From the NCBI GenBank assembly GCA_965223345.1, contig CBDCWG010000012.1, positions 1,568,001-1,632,000 of the forward strand: 64,000 bases of DNA. The letters are read 5' to 3'. How positions within the stretch are numbered: position 1 is the stretch's first letter; every line of letters begins with the position of its first letter. The notes beneath the pieces were generated by a model. The model did not search any database and was not told the origin of the DNA. It worked only from the letters and a program-made list of their open reading frames with translations. The translations under genes and the position numbers were made by a program. The DNA comes from Nitrospinales bacterium (GTDB taxonomy: Bacteria > Nitrospinota > Nitrospinia > Nitrospinales > VA-1). Shown here piece after piece: positions 48,129 through 57,058 of the stretch.

Positions 48129-50018
48129 CTAAGGATTGTTCTGTGCCAGCAGCATTTCCTTTTTGAAGCCCGGCTGGTGGTGATAAACGTGACACAGCTG
48201 ACAATCTTCCCGCACTTTTCCTTCCGAGTGGCATTCGAGGCAGGTTTTGCGTTGGATGGAGGCGAAGTTGCTGGCGAAGGTGGCGGGGTCGAACGAGTCG
48301 AACGCACCGAGAAAATCGTTTTTGGTATCGAGCACATGGCAGTTTTTGCAGGTGTCGCCCTTGCCGAGCAGATCGAGATGATTTTTATGGGAATATTTCA
48401 GGTAGGCGCGGTTGCGGGCCCCCTTGTAGCCCCAGTCGATGGTGAGCTGCCCCTCCTTCTCGCCGTTCGCTTCGGCGGAAACGGCGTGGCACTTGATGCA
48501 GCCGCCGACCCCTTCTTTTGAGGAGAGCATCAGATCGCGCATCGCCTCGGCGCGCGCGCGTTTTTCCGGATCGGTCTCGGCGGCGGCGACGGTGAGGGCG
48601 AACTCGATCCAGCTTTTCGCCACCGGATCTTCGTGACCGGACGGGGTGTAGCGCACTTCCAGCAGGTCCGCGTGCCAGCCGCCGAAACTGGCTTCCGCCG
48701 GAGGATCGTACTCGACGTTGAGCCCCCAGGCGCAGGCGGCCCGTTTCAGCACTTCCGGATTCAGGCCCGCGAGCATTTTGTCCGCCACCGGCGTGGGGGA
48801 GTGGTTGTCGATCAATTCTGCGATCGGCATCGTGCTTTCGAGGGCGAGGGCCAGGATGAGATCCTGCAGGCTCTGGCTGTAGCTTTCCGGATCGTCTTCG
48901 GGCACGTTCAATAGATACGCGCTGATCAGGCTCGGCGTCTCGGTGGAGATGCTGATGAATTCCTCCTCTTCCTCTTCTCCCCGGGTCGCTTTCTTCTTCT
49001 CAGGAATCTGACAGGCTTCGCGCAGTTCGTTGCGGTCGATGCGGTCCTTGTCGAGCTCCGGCAGGCGCATGAGGATCAGCTCCTTGCGCGGAATCTGAAA
49101 ATCGTGGCAGGAGGCGCACACCACCTCGAATTTGTCGGGACTCACGATCTGCTCCTCCTGGGTGACCTTGTGGCAGGTCATGCAGTCCTTGGGCGAGCGG
49201 TCCTCGAACTTGGGGTCCACAAAGTATTTTTTCCAGTGCGAGATGTGGTCGAATTTGATGGTGTTCTTGCGCGTGTGCGGGTAGCGCTCGGGAAACTCCG
49301 GATGCCCTTTCGAAAAACTTTTGAACTGCTCTTCGTGGCAGTGATTGCACTGTTTGTTGTTGAAGGTGCGGATGGCGAGCTCGGCGCCGCGGTGCTCGCG
49401 GTGGCACATCAGACAGTCGGTTTCCTGTAATCTGGGGAATGTGCTCTTATCGCCGTTGTGCGCCATCAGGGCCGGGCCGCCGAACAGGTGGCAGTCTTCG
49501 CATTTCTCCGAGATGTTGCCGGTGTGCAGCACGGATTTGAGCCACAGCACCGATTTGAGGTTGTGGGTGGCGTGACAGATCTCACAGCCCTTGTTTTCGG
49601 CGAACTTGACGTGCGCGCTCGACATGGGGCCGGGGTTGAAGCTGACGTGCCGGTACTGTGCCTGGTCCACCACCCACGAGAGGCACAGCAGGGAAACGAT
49701 GGTGCCGAACGCCAGCAGGATCAGCCGGGCCCGGTACACGCGCAGCGTGGCTTTCGGGACGCAGGGCGGGTGCCTCTGCGAGCACATGCCCTGGGGCAGC
49801 GGGCCGTCGGTGCAAGGGCCGCCGGCGGCCGGCGGCCGGTTGCATTCCCAGTGATTGCCGTTGAGAGTGGGAGTGCATTCGTTGCTGCCGCCGCAAGTGC
49901 CGTCCACGGTGGGGCCCTGGTGACAGGGCTTCAGCCAGAGCGCACCCCGGCCGCAACGGTACGGGAAATTCGGCCGCTCGTAGCTGCTGCGGTTGTGCGC
50001 GAATTTTTTTTCATCCAT
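48129..50018 (-). CDS. Membrane-anchored decaheme cytochrome c with N-terminal Cys-rich domain
   Basis: Ten CxxCH (CEICH, CEDCH, CLMCH, CNHCH, CMTCH, CASCH, CIKCH, CKNCH, CLECH, CQLCH) after one TM helix; ATG overlaps the upstream TGA (TGATG). Confidence 0.9.
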   Translation of the reverse strand: MDEKKFAHNRSSYERPNFPYRCGRGALWLKPCHQGPTVDGTCGGSNECTPTLNGNHWECNRPPAAGGPCTDGPLPQGMCSQRHPPCVPKATLRVYRARLILLAFGTIVSLLCLSWVVDQAQYRHVSFNPGPMSSAHVKFAENKGCEICHATHNLKSVLWLKSVLHTGNISEKCEDCHLFGGPALMAHNGDKSTFPRLQETDCLMCHREHRGAELAIRTFNNKQCNHCHEEQFKSFSKGHPEFPERYPHTRKNTIKFDHISHWKKYFVDPKFEDRSPKDCMTCHKVTQEEQIVSPDKFEVVCASCHDFQIPRKELILMRLPELDKDRIDRNELREACQIPEKKKATRGEEEEEEFISISTETPSLISAYLLNVPEDDPESYSQSLQDLILALALESTMPIAELIDNHSPTPVADKMLAGLNPEVLKRAACAWGLNVEYDPPAEASFGGWHADLLEVRYTPSGHEDPVAKSWIEFALTVAAAETDPEKRARAEAMRDLMLSSKEGVGGCIKCHAVSAEANGEKEGQLTIDWGYKGARNRAYLKYSHKNHLDLLGKGDTCKNCHVLDTKNDFLGAFDSFDPATFASNFASIQRKTCLECHSEGKVREDCQLCHVYHHQPGFKKEMLLAQNNP

Positions 50019-50821
50019 CACAATAGGTACACGTGCACCACGACCATGTGCCACAGGATCACGGTCATGAGGGCGGCCGCCAGGGGAATGTGAATCATCA
50101 GCCAGCTTTTGAGAACCGTCTGCAGGGCGTAGTGGAGATCGATTTTACGTTTGGTGTCGGCGAGCGTGAACAGCTTTCTCAGGTAACCGCGCTCCTGCAC
50201 GTTGAGAAACCGTTCCAGGGTGGAAAACTGCTGCCGCACCCAGAACTCTCCTTTGTGACCGCCGAACAGGTAGCTCACGAAAAACCGCGGCCGCTGGAAG
50301 AACCAGTGCAGCGATTCCAGATAATGGGTCGCCAGGGTGTCGCGCCCGGTTTCGTGGGTGCAGGCGAGCAACAGGTCCTTGGCGCTTTTTCTCAGTTCGC
50401 TGATTTCCGCCGGGATGCGTTCGTAAATGCACTCGAACCCGCTCTGCGTCAGGCGGCTCGGATAGATTTTCTGGATCAGCGTGCCGACGATGCCCGAAAG
50501 CGCGGACGAATAAAACAAAAACGCCAGGATCTGCTCGTAAAGGCCGTCGGGCCACAACGAGCCGATGTGCAGCCAGAAGATGCCGATCGCCAAAAACCCG
50601 CCGACGGTGTGGATGTTCAGCCAGTTCGAAGAAGGGGAGAGCGGCAGAAACGACAGGCGCTTGCGCAGGTGAAACAGCGCCAGCACGAACAGGATGGTGA
50701 ACAGGGTCCAGCCTGTCATCGGGGAGGTGAATTCGAGCCGCGCGTCCGCCTGGCTGGTGCGGAAGGTCATGAATACGAGGAAAATGCTTGCGAGGATCCA
50801 CAAGGCCCAAGACTTAACCAT
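50018..50821 (-). CDS. Integral membrane protein with di-heme b-like His pairs (cytochrome b/ferric-reductase-like)
   Basis: WLNIH-x13-H and WLMIH-x13-H: two His pairs 14 residues apart on TM helices. Confidence 0.78.
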   Translation of the reverse strand: MVKSWALWILASIFLVFMTFRTSQADARLEFTSPMTGWTLFTILFVLALFHLRKRLSFLPLSPSSNWLNIHTVGGFLAIGIFWLHIGSLWPDGLYEQILAFLFYSSALSGIVGTLIQKIYPSRLTQSGFECIYERIPAEISELRKSAKDLLLACTHETGRDTLATHYLESLHWFFQRPRFFVSYLFGGHKGEFWVRQQFSTLERFLNVQERGYLRKLFTLADTKRKIDLHYALQTVLKSWLMIHIPLAAALMTVILWHMVVVHVYLL

Positions 50822-50829
50822 CGAGTGTC

Positions 50830-52560
50830 CTATCGATCTATGCTTCCTTCGGGGCGCACGTGACGGAAATCGACCCGCTGCAAGGCCTCATGGGAGCAGG
50901 CCTGAACGCAGGCGGGACCGCCCAGTTGATCGACGCACAGGTCGCATTTGGTCGCTTTGAGAATCGGCTTGCGCGTTTCGGCGTCGAGGATGGGTTTGCC
51001 TTTCTTGTCGTTGATTCCCACCATGCGGATGTTCGCATAGGGGCAGGAATTGGCGCAGGTCTCGCATCCGATGCAGGTGTCGTCGTTGATCACCACCGTC
51101 CCTTCGGACAGGGTGCGGTGGATGGCTCCGGTGGGGCAGCCGATCAGGCACACGGGATCGACACAGTGCATGCAGGCGTTCGCCACCATCCAGCGGCCGT
51201 AGGTTTTCCCGTGCCGGATGAACCTCGGGTTGCCTTCGTGGGCCGTGGCGCAGGCGTTGACGCAGTCGTCGCAGCGGACACAACGGTCCAGGTTGATCAG
51301 CATCGCCTGGGTGCCGTTGATGAACCGCTCCTGCACGGTCCATTCTACCAGAGCTTCATCGGCCATGGTCTGTTTAAATAAATCGGTCATCCGCCGGTGA
51401 TTCGACGGGGAGCGTTCGTTGTGGTGGCGCGTGCCGTGATGGACGGTTTCCCATTGCGGGAAAACGTATTTTTCCAGGATCTTCGCGGGGATCTGCAGGA
51501 TGTCCACATAACCCAGTGCGGTGATCGATACTTTGTAGGAAACGTCCTTTTCGCCCTTCCAGGCGAGATACAGCTCGTCGGCGCCGTAGAAGTTGCCCAT
51601 TCCCAGATAGGTGATCGTGTGGTCGCCGTCCTCGCGCTTGACGGAGACGCGCGCAAAGCCCGCGCGCACGAGCAGCAGGTCGTCCGGATAGTCGCCCTGC
51701 CGGGCGATGAGCGGCTCGTGGTGGATGCCCGCTTTACCCATATTGCGCAGGTTTTTGTAGGAAACCGTCCAGTCGTAGGTGCCGTAGGATTGGAACATGG
51801 TGTTCTGCGCCACATCCTTGAGCGCCGTTTCGTCCAGGTGCTCGAAGATGGAAATCTTGCGGAGAAATGAGATCAGGGCGTTTTCGCTGTAGCGCTTTTC
51901 GATCATGCGGCGCCAGTTTTCGTCGTATTTGCGCAGTTCGCGCAGACCCTGCCAGCGGATTTCCAGCAACTCAGAATAGGTTTCGGAGAAAATCGTCGCG
52001 GTGCGCGGGATGCGTCCCAGCGCTGCCAGCTCGCCAAACAGGTCGCCGGTTTCCAGGATGGCGGTGCGGTTGGCGTCGAGCACCGTGGGGATGTCCTGCA
52101 GAAACACGTGGCTCTGCGTCGCGTCGTTTTCGTTTTTGTGGATGGCCTGCTGGCTGTAGCGAGACGGATCGCGCACCTCGGGGATCTTGCGGTTGGTCCA
52201 GAGCTGGGACAGGGCTTGCAGAATGCTCTTGCGCGGTGTTTTTTTGCGGCCGAGCAGGGCGTCCGGCAGGCCGGGGGACAGCACCACGCGCAGTCGGCCG
52301 TTCAAAGCCAGAAACGCCGAGTTGCCGTAGTCGCCTTCGCGGATCACGATGTCGCCCGGTTTGAAGCGGACGATGCGGGTGTCGTTCTTGAGAATGCCTT
52401 TCAGAGGCGTGTCGGGCGGAAAGCGGTCCTTCTCGATCGCCGCGATTTCGGGAACCGCGAGCAGTTTCTGCACGTCGTATTCCGTCATTTCGGGACCGAA
52501 GGGGTTGTTCCAGCGGTCCGGCTGTGCAATTTGAGTGACGACTTCCACGCTTTGTGCCAT
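50830..52560 (-). CDS. Cyclic-nucleotide-binding domain(s) fused to a 4x[4Fe-4S] DmsB/NrfC-type ferredoxin
   Basis: CNB GDIVIREGD...FGELAALGRIPRTAT and a second degenerate CNB; CVRCDDCVNAC, CMHCVDPVCLIGCP, CIGCETCANSCP and CDLC...PACVQAC. Confidence 0.9.
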   Translation of the reverse strand: MAQSVEVVTQIAQPDRWNNPFGPEMTEYDVQKLLAVPEIAAIEKDRFPPDTPLKGILKNDTRIVRFKPGDIVIREGDYGNSAFLALNGRLRVVLSPGLPDALLGRKKTPRKSILQALSQLWTNRKIPEVRDPSRYSQQAIHKNENDATQSHVFLQDIPTVLDANRTAILETGDLFGELAALGRIPRTATIFSETYSELLEIRWQGLRELRKYDENWRRMIEKRYSENALISFLRKISIFEHLDETALKDVAQNTMFQSYGTYDWTVSYKNLRNMGKAGIHHEPLIARQGDYPDDLLLVRAGFARVSVKREDGDHTITYLGMGNFYGADELYLAWKGEKDVSYKVSITALGYVDILQIPAKILEKYVFPQWETVHHGTRHHNERSPSNHRRMTDLFKQTMADEALVEWTVQERFINGTQAMLINLDRCVRCDDCVNACATAHEGNPRFIRHGKTYGRWMVANACMHCVDPVCLIGCPTGAIHRTLSEGTVVINDDTCIGCETCANSCPYANIRMVGINDKKGKPILDAETRKPILKATKCDLCVDQLGGPACVQACSHEALQRVDFRHVRPEGSIDR

Positions 52561-52600
52561 TCCTATTTGCCCGTCTGCCTCATACTTGCGGATAGAGAAA

Positions 52601-52630
52601 GGCGGCTCCCCGGAAATTCCGGGAGCCGCC
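52601..52630 (-). terminator. Intra-operon hairpin (weak terminator or mRNA stabiliser)
   Basis: GGCGGCTCCC...GGGAGCCGCC, followed on the minus strand by TTTCTCT. Confidence 0.55.
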
Positions 52631-52649
52631 GCAGGGCTGCATGAACCCC

Positions 52650-53624
52650 TTATTTGTAATCGTCTTTTTTAGGCAGCAACTTGCCCACCTGCCCGGACAG
52701 ATCCTTGCCCTTGATGGCGGCCACCAGTTTGCGGGCGTTCTGCTCGCTGGGTTTGGCGATCAGGGCCTTGGCTTCGGGAATGCCTTTCAGATGCGACAGG
52801 GCGGCTTTGGCGTCGGCAACGCGTTTCTGCTGGGCGGTTACGTATTTTTCGTTGTCCGAGCGCGTCAGCACCGAGTTGGCCGAAACCAGTTTCGCGGCCT
52901 GGCCGATGACGAACATCTCCGCCAGTTCCTGGGGCGTCATCTCCGCATTGACCTTGACGTTGGGCGGATAATAACGATGCCGCACGGTCCCCTGGGAGTA
53001 TTTGACCAGCTCGAAATCCGGGTTGATCGGGTGACCGGCGTCCAGCATCTTGGCCAGCAGTTCCGGTTTGAGATCGGGGTTGGCCAGTCCGTGACAGAAC
53101 ATGCAGTTCGCCGCCACGTCGAATTTCATCGTCGGCCAGATGAGCCCGGCTTCGGTGGATTTTTTGATTCGCATCGCTTTGTGCTGCGGCGTCTCCTGTT
53201 CCTTTTCGACATCTTTGCCGCCATAGTTATCGTGAATTTCGAGATAATCGGAAGAGGGGCCGTGGCAGCTCTCGCAGGATGTGCCGGACTTGGCCACCGC
53301 TTTCGCGTCGGCGTCCTTTTGTTCCATGGTGTAGTGGCACAGACTGCAGGTTTCGTTTTTCTTCATGTTTTTCGAACCCCCCACCGCTTTCAGGATCTTT
53401 TTCGGCGAGGGCTTCTTTTTGTCCTTGGGTTCCCGGTGGGCGTCGCGGAAGGATTTGAAATGCTTGGTTTCCTTCCAGACTTTGTATTCGGCTTCATGGC
53501 ATTCCATGCAGACCTTGACCCCTTTGAAATACGGTTGGGCGGCGGCCGGAGACGCCAGTAAAAGGACCGCGAATGAAATCAATACTACGGGCAACCATCG
53601 CAATGTGCTTTTCAATGAGTTCAT
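52650..53624 (-). CDS. Periplasmic tetraheme cytochrome c (c554-like family)
   Basis: Signal peptide (ASPAAA); CMECH, CSLCH, CESCHGP and CMFCH. Confidence 0.88.
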   Translation of the reverse strand: MNSLKSTLRWLPVVLISFAVLLLASPAAAQPYFKGVKVCMECHEAEYKVWKETKHFKSFRDAHREPKDKKKPSPKKILKAVGGSKNMKKNETCSLCHYTMEQKDADAKAVAKSGTSCESCHGPSSDYLEIHDNYGGKDVEKEQETPQHKAMRIKKSTEAGLIWPTMKFDVAANCMFCHGLANPDLKPELLAKMLDAGHPINPDFELVKYSQGTVRHRYYPPNVKVNAEMTPQELAEMFVIGQAAKLVSANSVLTRSDNEKYVTAQQKRVADAKAALSHLKGIPEAKALIAKPSEQNARKLVAAIKGKDLSGQVGKLLPKKDDYK

Positions 53625-53835
53625 GAGCCTTCTTTTAAATATTTGTTAATTAAGCTTAAATTCGAGTTTGACGGTGTGTCTGAAATTTTCTGGCGCTCTG
53701 TCGATTGCTTTTACAGGCGCTTGAATGTGGATTCGGATCGTTCCGTACTCAAAGTTCCTAAAAAACGCCGGCTTTGACAAGTCATTTTTCAAAAAATATA
53801 CGCGAATGCCGATTTCGTATAAATGGAGATTTAAA

Positions 53836-53851
53836 AGCAGAAAAAATGCCA
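53836..53851 (-). promoter_or_regulatory. Putative sigma54 promoter for the leftward redox operon
   Basis: Minus strand TGGCATTTTTTCTGCT (GG-N10-GC) in AT-rich DNA about 210 nt upstream of the ATG. Confidence 0.6.
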
Positions 53852-53992
53852 AAGAATTAATTTTAACTGAAAATTTTTTCTTAGCGAAAAATCAATCTTT
53901 TTTAGGATTAGAGTTAAATAATCTTTTGAAAATTTGTTTAAAATCGAATAAATAAATATCAAATGTTATCTTTCGATACAACGGCAATGTTC

Positions 53993-54444
53993 CTTCAACC
54001 GCAAGACCTTGAGCGTTCGTCTTCCCGGCCGGTTTCAAGCAAAACAACCCCAGATCCAGGGCAAAACCGAAGCTCAAGGTGGGGTGTGCGTGAGCGCGGG
54101 GTGTCGATGAATCCACGAATGAGCGTTCCGAATCGATCCGGGCGCCACAGGATGGATGGAATAGGAGACACTCGGAGGTAAGACAGTCCCTTTTTTATGC
54201 CAGCAAGGGCTCAGACCGAAGCGATCCCCCAGCTTTCCCGCCGTCAGCGCGAAAACCCCATCGCTCTTTTGATTTCAAAGTGTGTCTCTATTCTAACACC
54301 ATTTTCGGGTGAAGCCTATCCATCGTCGCGGTGTTTTTGCCTTAGAGCCGCTGAGACGGGTTTTTTTTCAGTTTCCCAGAATGAGACTAAAAGACTGGCA
54401 ATAATGGTAAATCTATTTGAGATTTTCGTGCTCGCGGGTTGAAG
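53993..54444. ncRNA. Candidate large structured RNA in the divergent intergenic region
   Basis: Nested stems CTTCAACC/GGTTGAAG, ACCTTGAGC/GCTCAAGGT, GATGGAT/ATCCATC, GAATAGGAGACAC/GTGTCTCTATTC and AGCGAT/ATCGCT. Confidence 0.4.
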
Positions 54445-54856
54445 TTGAGAGTGAAATTTGTCAATCAAGGCTATATTTTATATTAATTTATGTTGATTTT
54501 GCCTTGTTGTGGGACGTCGGCTTATCATCTTTAAGAATGGGAGAATTATCACAAAATTTGCAGTGGGAAAGGTCCCGGGATTGATATAAAATCAAAACAA
54601 TTGGTCAATAAAACCAATATTTCACCTTCTGTGTAAATTTTAGGGGGCGGGCGAACCCTGATTGTAAAGCCGTGTTTTGCGGTTTCATTCAAGTCAACCT
54701 GTTACTGTAAGGCAGAACGAGACCCGGTGGAGCGGGTGTGAAAATAGTGTTAATTTAGTGGCCTCTGTTTAAAAAAATATAAATTTATTCAGGGGTTGGT
54801 GAGACTAATCTGATGGAAAGGTTTGATAAGTCACGGGTTTAAATTTTAGTTCTATT

Positions 54857-54872
54857 TGGCCTGGGTTTTGCT
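54857..54872 (+). promoter_or_regulatory. Putative sigma54 promoter for the rightward cytochrome/barrel pair
   Basis: TGGCCTGGGTTTTGCT (GG-N10-GC, TTGC), about 130 nt upstream of ATG 55001. Confidence 0.6.
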
Positions 54873-55000
54873 CTGTTTTCATCTAATAAATACCGGATAC
54901 AGGGTAGCTGAAATTGCGGTTTGGCCGGCTGGCAGCCCGATTTCGCTTCTGGGCAGATATATTACGGAATTAAGTGATGTTTTTTTGGGGAGAAAGAAAC

Positions 55001-56995
55001 ATGACCGGACAAACTGAGGGTTCAGTGCATCGGATGCCATTTAGGATGCGAATCATAGCGACAATAGGGCTGGCCATTCTGGCGGGGGGCGTCCTGGTTT
55101 CCTGTCAGGCTCCTTTGATGGAAGCGGAAAAAGACAAGATGGCGATGTCGGAAGCCGAAGGCGAAGGCAAGAAGATGATGGCCGACGGGGACGACAAGAT
55201 GGCCATGAAAAAGATGGCCGATGGATCCGCTGAATCCGGCAAAATGATGGCCGATAAGAAGATGATGAAGGGCGAAGGCGGCGAATGGGAAGCCAAAAAG
55301 GCTTCGGATGAGAAAGCCGAAACGCCCGAAGACGCGTTCGCGCAGCATGAAGCGTTGTTCGCTGAAAACCGCTATCCATCGGCGGCGACCTGCCGGACCT
55401 GTCATCCGAAGCACTACAAGGAATGGTCGGTCTCCCAGCATTCGTACGCCCAGATCAGCCCGATCTATCTTTCTCTCAACAACAAGATCAACCAGTTGAC
55501 CCAGGGCACCATGGGCGATTTCTGTCTGCGCTGTCACAGCCCGGTGGGCGCCAACCTGGGAGAATCTCCCTATCAGTCCAACCTCACGCGGCATCCGACT
55601 TCACGGGAAGGGATCACCTGTGTGGTGTGTCACCGCTTGAACCAGGCTTACAACAAGGTCAGCGGCCGGTTGGCGCTGGAAGAGGGCGACCTGCTGACGC
55701 CGGTGTTTGGGCCGACAGGAAATAAAGAGCTTTCCCGTGTCCTGGACAACCGGGACGAATACCGGGTGGTCACCAAAAAGGAAGGCAAGGGCCGAAAGAT
55801 CCACACCAAGGCCAAGCAGTTTGCGGGCATCACCACGCCCACGTTCTGCGGTTCCTGTCACGATGTGACCCTGTTCAACGGATTCCGCCTGGAAGAGGCG
55901 TTCAGTGAATACCGGTTGTCTCCGGCCGCCAAGAAAGGCGTGACCTGCCAGGATTGTCACATGGGCAAGATCCAGGGCATTCCGTCCGGCTATGAGCACG
56001 GGCCGGCGGCGGTGGTCGGCGGCAAGAAAACCAAGCCGCGCAAGATCACCAGTCACTTTTTCGCGGGGCCCGACTATTCGGTCGTGCACCCGGGTATTTT
56101 CCCGCACAACTCCGACGCGCAGGAAATGGCGACGCTCGAAGAGTGGCTCAAGTTCGACTACAGGGCCGGATGGGGCACGGATGAATTCGAGGACACCGTT
56201 TCCGACGATTACAAGTTTCCCGAACGCTGGAGTTCGGCGACCGACCGCTACGACGCGCGGGAGATCATCGAGTATCAGCAGGGACGGCTGGCGCTCATCA
56301 AGGAAAAACGCATGGAAGTGCTGCGCAACGGGTTCCACCTCGGCAGCATCATGACGGAAAAAGCGGATAAGAACGGCATCCGCTTCAAAGTGCAGGTTAA
56401 AAACGCCACCGACGGGCACAACGTGCCCACCGGGTTCACCGGCGAACGGCTGGTGTGGCTGCACGTCATGGTGAAAGACAGCGACGGAACCGTCATATTC
56501 CAATCGGGAGACCTCGATCCCAACGGGGATCTCAGGGATCAGGAGTCCTCCTACGTCCACAACGGGGAAGCCCCGCTGGACAATCAGCTTTTCAACCTGC
56601 AGTCGCGGTTTGTCGTCGATAACTTAAGGGGCGGCGAACGCGAACGCGTCATTCCCATTCCATACCCCCAGACCGCGATTCCCTTTGTGCGGCCTTCCGT
56701 TCAGTCTCTCATTCTGAGCGGCGAGCCGACCACGGAGCGCAATCACAGGAAAGGCATCGAGCCTTTGGGACATCGCTGGGCCGAGTACAAGATCGATAAG
56801 GAAGCCCTTACCGGTAAAGGCCCGTATATGGCTCACATCGAGCTCAAGATGGCCATGGTTCCCGCCAATCTGGTGGAGGCGATCCAGGATGTGGGATTCG
56901 ATTTTCACATGACTCCGAGAGAGGTGGGCGATGCGGTGGCGGAAGGCCACGCCATTCTCTGGGAGAAAGAAGTCGAAATCAACGTGGTCGAATAG
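55001..56995 (+). CDS. Pentaheme cytochrome c lipoprotein with Met/Lys-rich linker
   Basis: Lipobox LVSC; CRTCH, CLRCH, CVVCH, CGSCH and CQDCH; C-terminal GHNVPTG domain; GGGGAG RBS. Confidence 0.88.
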   Translation: MTGQTEGSVHRMPFRMRIIATIGLAILAGGVLVSCQAPLMEAEKDKMAMSEAEGEGKKMMADGDDKMAMKKMADGSAESGKMMADKKMMKGEGGEWEAKKASDEKAETPEDAFAQHEALFAENRYPSAATCRTCHPKHYKEWSVSQHSYAQISPIYLSLNNKINQLTQGTMGDFCLRCHSPVGANLGESPYQSNLTRHPTSREGITCVVCHRLNQAYNKVSGRLALEEGDLLTPVFGPTGNKELSRVLDNRDEYRVVTKKEGKGRKIHTKAKQFAGITTPTFCGSCHDVTLFNGFRLEEAFSEYRLSPAAKKGVTCQDCHMGKIQGIPSGYEHGPAAVVGGKKTKPRKITSHFFAGPDYSVVHPGIFPHNSDAQEMATLEEWLKFDYRAGWGTDEFEDTVSDDYKFPERWSSATDRYDAREIIEYQQGRLALIKEKRMEVLRNGFHLGSIMTEKADKNGIRFKVQVKNATDGHNVPTGFTGERLVWLHVMVKDSDGTVIFQSGDLDPNGDLRDQESSYVHNGEAPLDNQLFNLQSRFVVDNLRGGERERVIPIPYPQTAIPFVRPSVQSLILSGEPTTERNHRKGIEPLGHRWAEYKIDKEALTGKGPYMAHIELKMAMVPANLVEAIQDVGFDFHMTPREVGDAVAEGHAILWEKEVEINVVE

Positions 56996-57058
56996 ACTCT
57001 TGTTCGATCAAGGGTCTGGCACGAACTATTGTCAACGTTGCATCTAGGGGACACACGC

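Noticed and set aside
54581..54595. FNR box
   Set aside because: The spacer is N5 rather than the canonical N4; kept only as an unassigned palindrome.
52650..56995. Assignment as hydroxylamine oxidoreductase/CycA, NrfA or alternative complex III
   Set aside because: No octaheme HAO, no CxxCK motif, and no ActB/ActC-like molybdopterin or NrfD subunits; heme counts and partner genes differ.
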